A stretch of 63,987 nucleotides of DNA, filler included, from an uncultured bacterium (GTDB lineage Bacteria > Hinthialibacterota > Hinthialibacteria > Hinthialibacterales > Hinthialibacteraceae), in the NCBI GenBank assembly GCA_964449065.1. It is 9 parts of 9 records of this genome, joined end to end, with 100 filler letters (N's around TTAATTAATTAA, not from the genome) between each part and the next. Parts side by side here need not be neighbours in the genome. Positions count along the whole stretch, not along the records: positions 14,562 to 21,735 come from CAYVAZ010000268.1; positions 21,836 to 28,995 come from CAYVAZ010000269.1; 7 more parts are not named here. One strand, 5' to 3'. Below the pieces are notes generated by a model, which did not search any database, was not told the origin of the DNA, and worked only from the letters and a program-made list of their open reading frames with translations. Shown one piece after another: positions 17,600 to 27,700 of the stretch (its first letter is position 1; every line of letters starts with the position of its first letter). The translations under genes and the position numbers were made by a program.

Positions 17600-20050
17600 T
17601 TAGCGGTTGAACAAGAACGCGGGACTGTTAATCAGCGCCCAAAGAAGATCCTGCCCGCCTTCTTCCAAAGTGTTGGATTCTGTCAAAAACGCAACCGCTT
17701 TCTTTGTTTCATCTTCTTTCGGCAGCCGCGATAATGCCGCCAAATAAATCTGTTTTACCAATTCATCTTTACCGATATTTTCTTGCACCAATTTCGCGAC
17801 TCTGCCGTTGGGATCAGCAATCGCGTCGGAAACCGTCGGCCCGTTGATCAATGTTAAAGCGTGTGACAGGCTCACTTCACTGGTACGCTCACATTCACAT
17901 GCCGATTCGCGTTCGGGCCTGCCAAACAATTTCAAAAACCCGCCTTCATCTTTCACGGTACTGTCAGGCAACTCACACGCCCGGAAGCCTTCCGGCAAAT
18001 CTCCAAATTCCGGATTGGTGCCGGTCGCGACCGAGATCGCATCCAACATTTGCTCTGCCGTCAAACGGCGGGGGTATGCATGGGAGAAGTTGCGTTCGTC
18101 ATCCACGTTCCATTCATTGGTATCCACGCTGTGCTGATATACGCGGGAGGTACAAATCGTACGGATCAGATTTTGCAGGTCATATCTGCTTTCGACAAAC
18201 TCTTGGGTTAATTGGTCCAGCAATTCCGAGTTGGATGGAGGATTGCTGTCGCGGATATCGTCCACCGGCTCAATGATTCCTTTTCCTGTGAAATAACTCC
18301 AAAATCGGTTCACGGTTGAGCGTGCAAACAACTCATTGTCATTCGAGGTTAGCCATTCCGCAATCTCACGTTGCAGGCTGGAACGGTCTTCGGTTTTGCC
18401 GTAAGGCACTGTAGCAGGAACCGCAGTGTTCTTTTTGGGATGAATCACGTCTTGATCGGCATATTTGGTATAGACAATTTCTTCATCCGGCAAATCACCT
18501 TCTTTCAAGCCGACACTACCAAAGAAAGCGCCGAGTTGGTAATACTGTTCCTGCGTCCATTTCTCGAACGGGTGGTCGTGGCATTTGGCGCATTGAAACC
18601 GCACGCCCAAAAACACCTGCGTGATGTTCTCAACCGCGGTAGAGGGCTCACGGTTTACTCGGTAAAAATTCGCCGCGGGATTTTTATAGGTACTTCCCTT
18701 CGCTAGAATCAATTCGCGGACAAACTCATCATACGGCTTGTTGTTTTTCACCGATTCACGTATCCACATGCGGAACACCCACACGCCTTTTTCGCCCAAA
18801 TACTTCCGGTTGCATTGCAATAAATCAGCAAGTTTGTGCGTCCAATGCTCAACATATTCTTCGCTGCCAATCAGTTCATCCACCAATTCTTCCCGTTTGT
18901 TCTTCGAGTCATCTTCTAAAAACGCAACCACATCTTCCGGTTGGGGAGGGATACCGGTGAGATCAAGATACGCGCGGCGGATGAATTCCGCGTCGGTGCA
19001 AATATCCGACGGCTGAATCTTCAGATCCTCTAACTTGTTATACACCAGCGTGTCCACAAAGTTGAGTTCCGGCTGGTCGTTCCACACAAAGCCGGAACGG
19101 TCGCCCATCACAATCATATTGTTGGTACTGAACGCGCCTTCATAGCGAACCAAAATCGCGCTTTCGCCGCGCCGCAATGCGGTGACCAAACCGTTTTCAT
19201 CCACGGCTGCCACTTCCGGAAAGGTGCTGGTAAACTTGCAGTCGCGGGTGACATTTCGTTTGCTGCCGTCCGGAAACACGGCGGTGACGTGCATTTGCTG
19301 CTTCATTCCCGGCATATCCAGCACAAATTCATTCGGATAAACTTCCAACTTCGCGGGACGCAGCGCTTTGCCGACATCCGACTTCACGCCTTCGCGAATC
19401 CAACGGTGAATGATTTGGTAATGGCGCGAATCTTTGTCAAACAACTTGCCGCCTTCGTGCGGGACGCCTTGGGTCGGCTTAAGCAGCATCAAACTGCGGT
19501 CGGGCTTGGCGCGGTTAAAGCGTCTGCCGGAAATATCGCGGATCAACACTTGATAATCAAATTCCGGATCATACCCGCGCAGCGATAATTTAAATCCGTT
19601 TTTTCCCGCTTGCGCGCCGTGACATGCCCCGGCGTTGCAGCCGATTTTCGATAACAATGGCATCACATGCAGCACAAAACTGGTCTCAGGAACTTTAGCG
19701 TTGATTACCGACACCGGAACATTTACGCTCAAATCTTTGTATGAGACTTGAACTTGAGTCTCTCCCACATCAAGCGGTTCTATGTAACCGCTCTCTAACA
19801 CTTCCACTTTTCCCCTGGCAGCGGAAATACTCGTATGAGCGGTAAGGTCAATCCACTCTCCGTCTTTCGTTTTCCCGCTGACAAGAAGATGCTTTGCATC
19901 GTAACCATCTTCAATCACCAATGAATCAGGGAACGTTTTCAGTTCTACGATGGTTGGTAATTCATAGCCGGGTAAATCTTCGGCCGCAGCGGCCAAAAAG
20001 GATGGTGTACAAAAAAGTGTAAAAACAGCAGCGTACAAAACTCTTCGCAT
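17600..20050 (-). CDS. DUF1549/DUF1553 (PSCyt2/PSD1) protein with Ig-like domain
   Basis: GCNAGACHG, FIRRAYLDLTG, QCAKCHDHPFEKW, RRLTAEQ, FGRPERESACECER, DLLWALINSPAFLFN. Confidence 0.95.
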   Translation of the reverse strand: MRRVLYAAVFTLFCTPSFLAAAAEDLPGYELPTIVELKTFPDSLVIEDGYDAKHLLVSGKTKDGEWIDLTAHTSISAARGKVEVLESGYIEPLDVGETQVQVSYKDLSVNVPVSVINAKVPETSFVLHVMPLLSKIGCNAGACHGAQAGKNGFKLSLRGYDPEFDYQVLIRDISGRRFNRAKPDRSLMLLKPTQGVPHEGGKLFDKDSRHYQIIHRWIREGVKSDVGKALRPAKLEVYPNEFVLDMPGMKQQMHVTAVFPDGSKRNVTRDCKFTSTFPEVAAVDENGLVTALRRGESAILVRYEGAFSTNNMIVMGDRSGFVWNDQPELNFVDTLVYNKLEDLKIQPSDICTDAEFIRRAYLDLTGIPPQPEDVVAFLEDDSKNKREELVDELIGSEEYVEHWTHKLADLLQCNRKYLGEKGVWVFRMWIRESVKNNKPYDEFVRELILAKGSTYKNPAANFYRVNREPSTAVENITQVFLGVRFQCAKCHDHPFEKWTQEQYYQLGAFFGSVGLKEGDLPDEEIVYTKYADQDVIHPKKNTAVPATVPYGKTEDRSSLQREIAEWLTSNDNELFARSTVNRFWSYFTGKGIIEPVDDIRDSNPPSNSELLDQLTQEFVESRYDLQNLIRTICTSRVYQHSVDTNEWNVDDERNFSHAYPRRLTAEQMLDAISVATGTNPEFGDLPEGFRACELPDSTVKDEGGFLKLFGRPERESACECERTSEVSLSHALTLINGPTVSDAIADPNGRVAKLVQENIGKDELVKQIYLAALSRLPKEDETKKAVAFLTESNTLEEGGQDLLWALINSPAFLFNR

Positions 20051-20147
20051 AATGATCTCCCTAAATACAGATCAAATTACATAACCGTAATTGTACAGTA
20101 TACAGAAATTTGACTAAATTACTATAGTTAATCGATACAAAGAGATT

Positions 20148-21524
20148 TTATTGGCTTTGTGCCACTTCCTGTTTTTCAACCTCTACCGGATAAAACTCCC
20201 GCAGTAACTCACCGGTTTTGGTGTGATAGATTCGCACCAATCCATCCAACCCGCCCACCGCAATTTCCGGTTTGGCGGGATGATAATCCATCGCGAAAAC
20301 ACTGACGGAATCGCCGTAGAGTAAAATGTCATATCCGCCCGTCTCCGCGTCATATAAACGAACACGGCCTTTGTTGGCGCCGGCCGCGATTTGCTTTCCA
20401 TCCGGGCTAAAGCGCACGACATTGATGCCGCCTACAATTTTTTCAAACGCGCGGATGAGATTGAAATCCGTGTTCGGTTTATCCCGTTTTTGGGTGCGAT
20501 AGAGTTTGTATATGCGTGGGATGCCGTCTTCGCCGCCGATGACCGCCTGATCACGTGTGGGATGCCTATCGATACTCAAAATCGCTTCGATTCCCTTATT
20601 GCTGGCATTAATATCATCGACGAACGCACCGGTGTCGGCTTCCACCAATTTCAAGGCTTTATCCAAACCGGCCGTCACAATGTGTTTGTTGTTTGTGGTA
20701 AACAAAGTCGCCATTACCCAGTTGTCATGATTTTCAAACTCCACCAACTCTTTCCCCATCGGGATCGTCAAGATGCGGGCTTTTTTATCCGCACCGCCAA
20801 CACCAAGCAGCTTACCGTCCGGTGAGATGGATGCGCCATAGAGTGTATCAAACGTCTTTTTGACCGAGCGCAGCAGCATCCGGTTCTTCACATGCCAAAA
20901 CTGAATCTCGCCAAACTGCCAGGGCGACCCGCCCACGGCGGCCAGGATGGTACCATCCGGCGTAAATTCTATCGAGGTGATACGTTCCGCCCTGCCGGGC
21001 AAGCGTGCAATCAATCCCGATCCGTCCGCCTTATTCAACAACACCTCACCGGAACCCGAAACCGCCAGCATCTCCCCATCCGGTGAATAGGCCAGGGAAG
21101 TAATCACCGGCGGTGTGTAATACACCATCAAGCCATCCTCTGTTGCTTCCGTTGATTTTGTGTCATTCACGGCCCCTTCTTGAATCCATTGCAGCAGCAG
21201 GTTTACTTCCTCTTCGGTTAACGGATCGCCTTGCAAAGGCATTAGCGGTGGGTCGCCGATCACATATTCAATCAGCAGGCTTTTATCCGGCGATTCTCTA
21301 TTGATAAATTTAGACTGCTTGCCTCCCTTCATCACCGCTTTATACGAAGTGAGGTCCAATTCCCCGCTGGGATTGGCCGGATTGTGGCAGCCGATGCAGC
21401 TGGTTTGCAAAATTGGTTGAATTTCATTCTCAAAACTAACAGCATATGTTATGGTTGAGAATGCTATGCACATCATGGTAAAAATGAATGGAATAAAGAT
21501 ATTCATGGTTTCCTTCTCACTCAT
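20148..21524 (-). CDS. Planctomycete cytochrome c (PSCyt1) plus WD40-repeat protein
   Basis: VSFENEIQPIL..CIGCH..WIQEGA followed by WD40-like SPDG repeats. Confidence 0.92.
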   Translation of the reverse strand: MSEKETMNIFIPFIFTMMCIAFSTITYAVSFENEIQPILQTSCIGCHNPANPSGELDLTSYKAVMKGGKQSKFINRESPDKSLLIEYVIGDPPLMPLQGDPLTEEEVNLLLQWIQEGAVNDTKSTEATEDGLMVYYTPPVITSLAYSPDGEMLAVSGSGEVLLNKADGSGLIARLPGRAERITSIEFTPDGTILAAVGGSPWQFGEIQFWHVKNRMLLRSVKKTFDTLYGASISPDGKLLGVGGADKKARILTIPMGKELVEFENHDNWVMATLFTTNNKHIVTAGLDKALKLVEADTGAFVDDINASNKGIEAILSIDRHPTRDQAVIGGEDGIPRIYKLYRTQKRDKPNTDFNLIRAFEKIVGGINVVRFSPDGKQIAAGANKGRVRLYDAETGGYDILLYGDSVSVFAMDYHPAKPEIAVGGLDGLVRIYHTKTGELLREFYPVEVEKQEVAQSQ

Positions 21525-21536
21525 CTAAATTATCAG

Positions 21537-21735
21537 TTCACGTTACGCACTACATTATGATATGCCCGTTTTTCTAATCGTTCGCTGAATTGATCACCCT
21601 CTCCCACCGGGAGAGGGCCGGGGTGAGGGTTCGGGAGGAATAAACCTCTAATTACGCTACTGCGTCATAGGGAGCAATCACTCTCATCGCCCTCATCTCT
21701 TATCTTCTCCCAAAGGGAGAAGACGATAGACATTG
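21537..21735 (+). mobile_element. Family-A MITE, partial (cut by contig end)
   Basis: TTCACGTTACGCA left-end variant; the interior is colinear with 124-396. Confidence 0.8.
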
Positions 21736-21835
21736 NNNNNNNNNNNNNNNNNNNNNNNNNNNNNNNNNNNNNNNNNNNNTTAATTAATTAANNNNNNNNN
21801 NNNNNNNNNNNNNNNNNNNNNNNNNNNNNNNNNNN

Positions 21836-23172
21836 ATCGATTCCGGCAGCATGAACACCTCATCGCCGGTTTGGTTGGTGAAATAGAGGTTGGATTCGGA
21901 TGGTTTGAGCGGATTGCCGTCGGCCCAGAAGGCGTAGAAATCCGGGTGGGCGTTGATGGGGCGGCGGACGTAGGTATGGCTTCGCTCATCGTCATGCGTA
22001 AGTTGCTTGATACGCTTCCACGTTTTGCCTTGGTCTTCGCTTTCGTATAAAACGATGTCCCCCCCGGTGCAGTAGGGCGCCGCGCCCGGCTCGGTGGGGG
22101 CAATGACTCTCCATTTGTCATCGTGAATATAGAGAGAACCCATATCGTAGTTGTGGTCGGATTCGGCGACTTTGTGGAACAGCCACTCGCTGCCGTTCCA
22201 ATGCGCCAACATCCAAATGCGCGGGCCGTTTTCGGGGCCGGATTCATACCCTTTGCTGAGAAGGTGCAAAATAACGGGATTCCCGTTCGGGTCGAAGTTG
22301 ATGTCTTTTAAGTAGACAAGAAACCCTTCGCTTTGATAATCGCGAATCATGGCTTGGTTTTTCGGCTTGCGCAGCGGCACTTCGATCTCGTTCCCATCCA
22401 CAGTTTGCCAGGTTTTACCCATATCGGTGGTTTGCATGTAGTGCAGGTCGGTGCGGGCGTTGAGGCCGCCTTGGGGAGGGTGCCAGTTCCAGGTTAGGCC
22501 TGTTGTTCCATCTTTCGTGAAGGATTGCGAATAATGGCCGCCGTAGCCGACCAATTTTTGATCCTCTGACCAGGTAAGGCCATCGGGGCTGGCGCTCATA
22601 TAGGTTTCGCGCCCGGCGGTGTATTTGGTGAATAAGAAGAGGAAACCGTGCTCTTCAACGAACCAGGGTTGTGGGTATGTAAACTCACGCTGCATGATCA
22701 ATTCGAATTCATCGATCTTGTAGGGTTCTTTGCTTTTGTAGATGAAGCCGTCTTTGCCGCCGTGGGCGCTCATGAAAATCCACAAGAAGCCGTTGCGGTC
22801 GATGCTGATCGTGGGGTTGTGGTGGGCGTCGCCGGTGCCTTTTTCACGCACGATGACCGGTTTGGGGACTTCGCCGGTGAGATGGTCGTAGTAGGAAATC
22901 ATTTCCAGCAGCGGTTTTTCTTCGTCTAGTCCTTTGGTGCCGCCGTAGACGAAAAAGGTTTTGTTGACGGCATGGGCATAGACCGCGTGGGGGATATGCT
23001 TGGCGCAGTAGGTACCTAAGCCGCCGCTGTATTTGTAGATGTATTGGTCATCAGACGGCTGATTGCTATACCAGATGCCGCGGTAGCCTTCGGCACGGGG
23101 ATTGGATTCTGCCGATGGAAGATGACAGAAAATGAACAGGAATAGCGAAAAGTAAATAGTGAAACGTGACAT
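21836..23172 (-). CDS. Secreted BNR-4/Asp-box repeat protein (3' end at spacer)
   Basis: Signal peptide; YKYSGGLGTY, DAHHNP, TTDMGKTW and SEDQGKTW Asp-boxes. Confidence 0.85.
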
Positions 23173-23207
23173 GTTTGCTCCGAAGTTTTTTACTATTAAA
23201 ACATATC

Positions 23208-23321
23208 TAGCGCATTTCAGAGTTGGATAGACAGAATCTGTCGTTGTTCCCCCCCTTATTGAGGGAGGTAGGGGGGATCAAAGGCGTTCTCTTTCTATCT
23301 ACGCAAACCTGAATAGCACTA
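23208..23321. mobile_element. TIR family-C mini-element carrying a CCCCCCTT..AGGGAGG hairpin
   Basis: TAGCGCATTTCAGAGTTGGATAGA ... TCTACGCAAACCTGAATAGCACTA; the same ends recur at 50880-50987. Confidence 0.65.
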
Positions 23322-23374
23322 TCAAAACATATAGTGCATATCCGATCCATGTAGGATTGGTAAAAAAAAGAATA

Positions 23375-24646
23375 TCAATTAAACAATTCCCGGAAGAACA
23401 GGTTGGTTTTTTGATCCGGACGAAAGCCGCGGTCACCGGGTTTTCTTCCTTGATTCAGCGCATTTCTTAAATTAAAGGATCCTGCCCCTCCTGTAAGAGA
23501 GGCGGATTTATCCGTTCGGAACACGATTGGTACAACCCCGCGGATTTCCTGCATCTCGCGCGAGCCGTCTACTTCTCCCTCAAACTCAATATCCACTATC
23601 ACACGTACGGTACCGTCAAATGCCTTGCCGGGTACAAAAATCACTTGTTCCAAATCATTCATCGGCCGACGTTGGGTTTGCAGTGTCCGTTCCGTTCCGC
23701 CTTCCAAGCGTTCTAACAATCGTCCCGCGTTTTGAAATTCACCGCGGGTATCAATGGTGAACTGAATAGTGGCATCTTCATCAATATCGGTCACTGCGAT
23801 TTCTTCTCCATTGGAGCCAATGACCTTCACGTCCAACAATATCTGCTTTTTGGGATTGGAGCCGGTATTAAAATCGTTGGATGACAAGACCAGCATGGGC
23901 GGATCGGCAACCACTTGCACCGATTGAGCGGACAGTGCCGGGGTCGGGGTCCAGGTTGGCTGTCCGGGAACAAGAGTCGGTGTTGGAGTGGGAGAAGGTC
24001 CCGGCGTACCAGACGGTGTGGGAGACGGCATTTCGGGTGTTGGAGACGGTTCCGGCGTTTCATCGCCTCCAGGGCGCCGGTCCGGAATCAGTTCCACATT
24101 ATCGATAACCGCAACACCATCCCCAAAAAATGTAAATGTAATAGGGGTTTGCTCTGCCGCGCCGGCAGAACCTAAATCAGCCCGGATAGGCGATGATTCA
24201 AATTGTGTTCGGGTACCGCTCTCAAGCGTAATCGAGAAGTTTTCAAATTCCACCGTAAGATCACCGCCATTGACCACCGCGCAAAAACGCAAGATAAAAA
24301 AATTGGTCGCCAAGCGGTCTTGGCCTTGATTGGGCTGCGGGTTGGTTGAAAGAGAGGCGCCGCTTCTCAGTTCCGCGAACTGCTGCAGCCGGTTGTTAAA
24401 CACCTGCCTTTGCAGGGTACCGCTTAAGCCGCTGTTTCCGCCGGAAAACCCGGGGGGAACTTGGCCTACCGTACCCACTTCGCTTTCAAAGTCTCCGTTA
24501 ATTACGAGTGAATCGGGGTCGGTACCACCGGAACAAGCGAAGGCAAACCGCACCAATGTAGGCGTTGGCGTAGGTTCCTGTGCATTCGCGCTTATTGCAA
24601 ATAAGGCAGTTGCCATGAATAAAGTAAATAATTGAAGTGGTTTCAT
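23375..24646 (-). CDS. Secreted hypothetical protein: CBM-like domain (VINGDFE), PT-rich linker and C-terminal domain
   Basis: Signal peptide; PTPTP linkers. Confidence 0.8.
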   Translation of the reverse strand: MKPLQLFTLFMATALFAISANAQEPTPTPTLVRFAFACSGGTDPDSLVINGDFESEVGTVGQVPPGFSGGNSGLSGTLQRQVFNNRLQQFAELRSGASLSTNPQPNQGQDRLATNFFILRFCAVVNGGDLTVEFENFSITLESGTRTQFESSPIRADLGSAGAAEQTPITFTFFGDGVAVIDNVELIPDRRPGGDETPEPSPTPEMPSPTPSGTPGPSPTPTPTLVPGQPTWTPTPALSAQSVQVVADPPMLVLSSNDFNTGSNPKKQILLDVKVIGSNGEEIAVTDIDEDATIQFTIDTRGEFQNAGRLLERLEGGTERTLQTQRRPMNDLEQVIFVPGKAFDGTVRVIVDIEFEGEVDGSREMQEIRGVVPIVFRTDKSASLTGGAGSFNLRNALNQGRKPGDRGFRPDQKTNLFFRELFN

Positions 24647-24774
24647 TGTCTTATCACCTGCGTGTTTGACATCGTGCTAATCATCTTATTCTGTTTAGCG
24701 GTAAAAGAAAATCGCTCATTCATCCTTATTGTATCACGAAACAGACTTATATGTCCTTCAAACATCCAGCGGCC

Positions 24775-27700
24775 CTAGCGGTTGTAGACGGTTTCCAGTT
24801 TGCGCCGGGCTACAATCGCGCCGTCGCGGTCTAAGATGCGTCCGCGGCTGGTAATGCCAAAGGCTCTGGAGCGAACGGTCATCAAATTTGATAACCGGTT
24901 CATCAGTTCTTCCATGTCTTCCGGGGTCAGTTCGCGGTTCAATTGCTGATTGAGCCGTTCACGCAAGTCGCCGGTACCGTCAATCTGAATATCATTCGTC
25001 CGGTCCTGCGCCCGCGAGAGACTGATTGAAAAGCGTTCACGGCGTTTTAAGTGCGTGATTTGAGCCAGCAAATCGCCGATATTGGCATACGGCCCGTCAT
25101 CCGGCATGGATACGATGGTGGTGCTATAAACATCGCCCCAATCGATTTGATCTTCGAGGATGTTTTCGGGCCGAATATTTAAATTGGATTCCAAGATTTG
25201 ACGGATATCGTCTTCGAAATCTTTAAACGCCCGTGGAATTCTGCCGACGCTGGGAATTTTGAAATCCGCCATCGAATCGGGATTGGTGGTTCGGCCGCTG
25301 AAATCACTAAAGGGCCGGTCATCATCAATTTCATGAACTCCAAAAAACCCGTCGCGTCCGCCCGGCTGCCGTCCTTCGATGATGAAGTCGGCCACAATGG
25401 TATTGAAGTTGTAGCGGTTCAGCAGGGAGTCGATCTGTCTGTCTTGCAGATGCGGCGCCGCCGGCAGTGCCGAAAGCAGCTCACGCGGCGCGGTGTTGAC
25501 GTTGATCAAACCCGGCACAATCACGCTGTCTGCCGTGGTGAGCGTACTGTAGATATTGGTGTATTGGTTTTCCCATTGATCCAGCCGTTCGCGCTGCGCC
25601 AGGCGAATGCGGAATTCCGGATCGTTTCCACTGGAGCGTATGCCAAGACGGGCATTCGATTCCGAGCGGTTGGGATCGGTGGTGCGGTCTTCCAGCCATT
25701 GCGGTATCAGCGGCATGTTGACCGTCTCAAACTTATTGCCTGTGTGAAGGCGTGAAATCTCTCCAACGGTTGCCAATAAGCCGTTTTTGACATACGCGGT
25801 GTTATCGATGGTGTCAAATTGATCCCGCTGCGTATTGCCCAATTGAAAGCGTCTGCGCGGGTAGGCGGGCACATATCCGGTGTTGTCTTTGCCGGGTGTT
25901 CCGGCCAAAAATACGCTTTTCGCGGCAGCTTCCGGGCTGTCTTCACTATCCACCCGGCCGCGGCCGAACAACTCGATGCCGTCAAAGAAATAGTTATCAT
26001 CCATCAGCAACGAATTGAGGATTTCCCCCTGTTCGGAAGGAACAAACAAGCCATTGGTCGCGTTGTTAATCAGCGGCGCCAGATCGGGACGGTCAAACAC
26101 GGTAATCTGACCGGCTTCGGCTCCTTGAACCATGCTAGGTGTCGTGGGGGAGTGATCGCGGGTAGTTTTGCGCATCATCACCATCACTTCCACCATCGGT
26201 TCCGGCTGGTTGGCATTGCGCAAATCGCGGCTGAGGGAAAGAAAATCATTCCGCAAATCAATCGAACCGGCGGTATCTCCATGGCGCAATTTCGCGAAGA
26301 CAGGGATGTCTTCTCCATCAACCTGAACATTATGCAAAAGGTTTTCTGCCGTATTGTTTCTGCCGTCGCCGGGATTAACGATTTGAGCCACCGGATTCAC
26401 CAAAATTTCACCGACCGGCAAATCAACGATCAACCCGTCTTCATTCAGCTGACGTCCCAGCACACGCATGGTAAGAATGTCATCGACTTCGGGGTCATAC
26501 CCGGCCCGGATCAGTTCACGCAATCCCATGCGCCATACAAACGCGGTCACGGGGGCCTGTGCCCTTTGGGCGCGTTCGGCTTCATCGATATCCGCGCGGG
26601 TGGGATTGCCGGGCAGCGCCGGAGTACGAAAATCGGTTATATTTTCAAACCCGCCCAACATCTTATAAAAGCGAATGCGTTCATCATTTACCGATGGCGC
26701 GACCGCTTCGCGCGCCATGGCGTTCCAGTTCTCAAACACCAAGCTGGTGGATTGCCGCAGCGGCATATCCAATCCGGTCCGGTCTTCCGGATAGGTGTAC
26801 CAATCACCAATAAAGTCCCACCCGTTCCATTGGCTGTCCCGGAAGGGAGCGCTTGTTTCATCCCGAAAGCGGGCAATGCCCCGGTTGTTAAGGTCTTGAC
26901 CGTCTTGATACGCGCCTATGGTGCCCAGAACAGGTTCGCCATCATCAAAAGCCAAATTGACAATACGGGCATCCTTTGCATCCAATTTGATGGATGAAGG
27001 AACCCTGCGCGTGCCTTCTAATTCACCATCATCTTCATTCACAGAAATTTCGGTCTCGAAGTGCGTAGGGTCGGCTCGTTCAAACGATTCAAAGCCGCGG
27101 TAACCGGGCAAGGCAACCAAATCCTGTTGCGCGCCGCTATCCACATTTCCCACGATAATATTGTTGAAGGTGGTGCGGTAAGGAAACGAATCGATGTAAT
27201 GCCCGGCCGGATCATATAACGTCACTTGTTTTTCAACCGGATTGTGCGTTAGCACATCGCTTTGGAAATCGACCAGACGGAAGCGGACATCGCTGAATTG
27301 TGAATTGCGCAACGCCTCGGCATTCCGTCCCGCAGAGATGCTCGCATCAACAAGAGCTAATTCGTTGGTTCCCCTGACCGGCTCGACCACGCGTTCATCC
27401 AGATTCGCGACATCCGGATAATTGGATTGAATAAAACGGATCAACGAATCTTTATCAAATGCCAGCAGCACTTTGTTGTCTTCCAACAAACGGTCTTCGC
27501 TGGTAATGCTGTCGTTGCGGATTTTGTCGATGGTCAGCAATTGCTCGAAGGGCACGCCATCGCCGGGGATGCCTTCGTTTTCAGTCAGGTCGCGGCCGTC
27601 GTCATCATCATACATGGGGCGCATTCTGCCGATGACGGTATCTTCCGGAAGAATGTAATGCCCATAAGGCGTGTTGACCTGCCAGCCGGAAAGATCAACG

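Noticed and set aside
25819..26997. 392-aa plus-strand ORF and other long antisense ORFs (for example 9973-10650)
   Set aside because: Antisense shadows of well-supported genes with no recognisable motifs.
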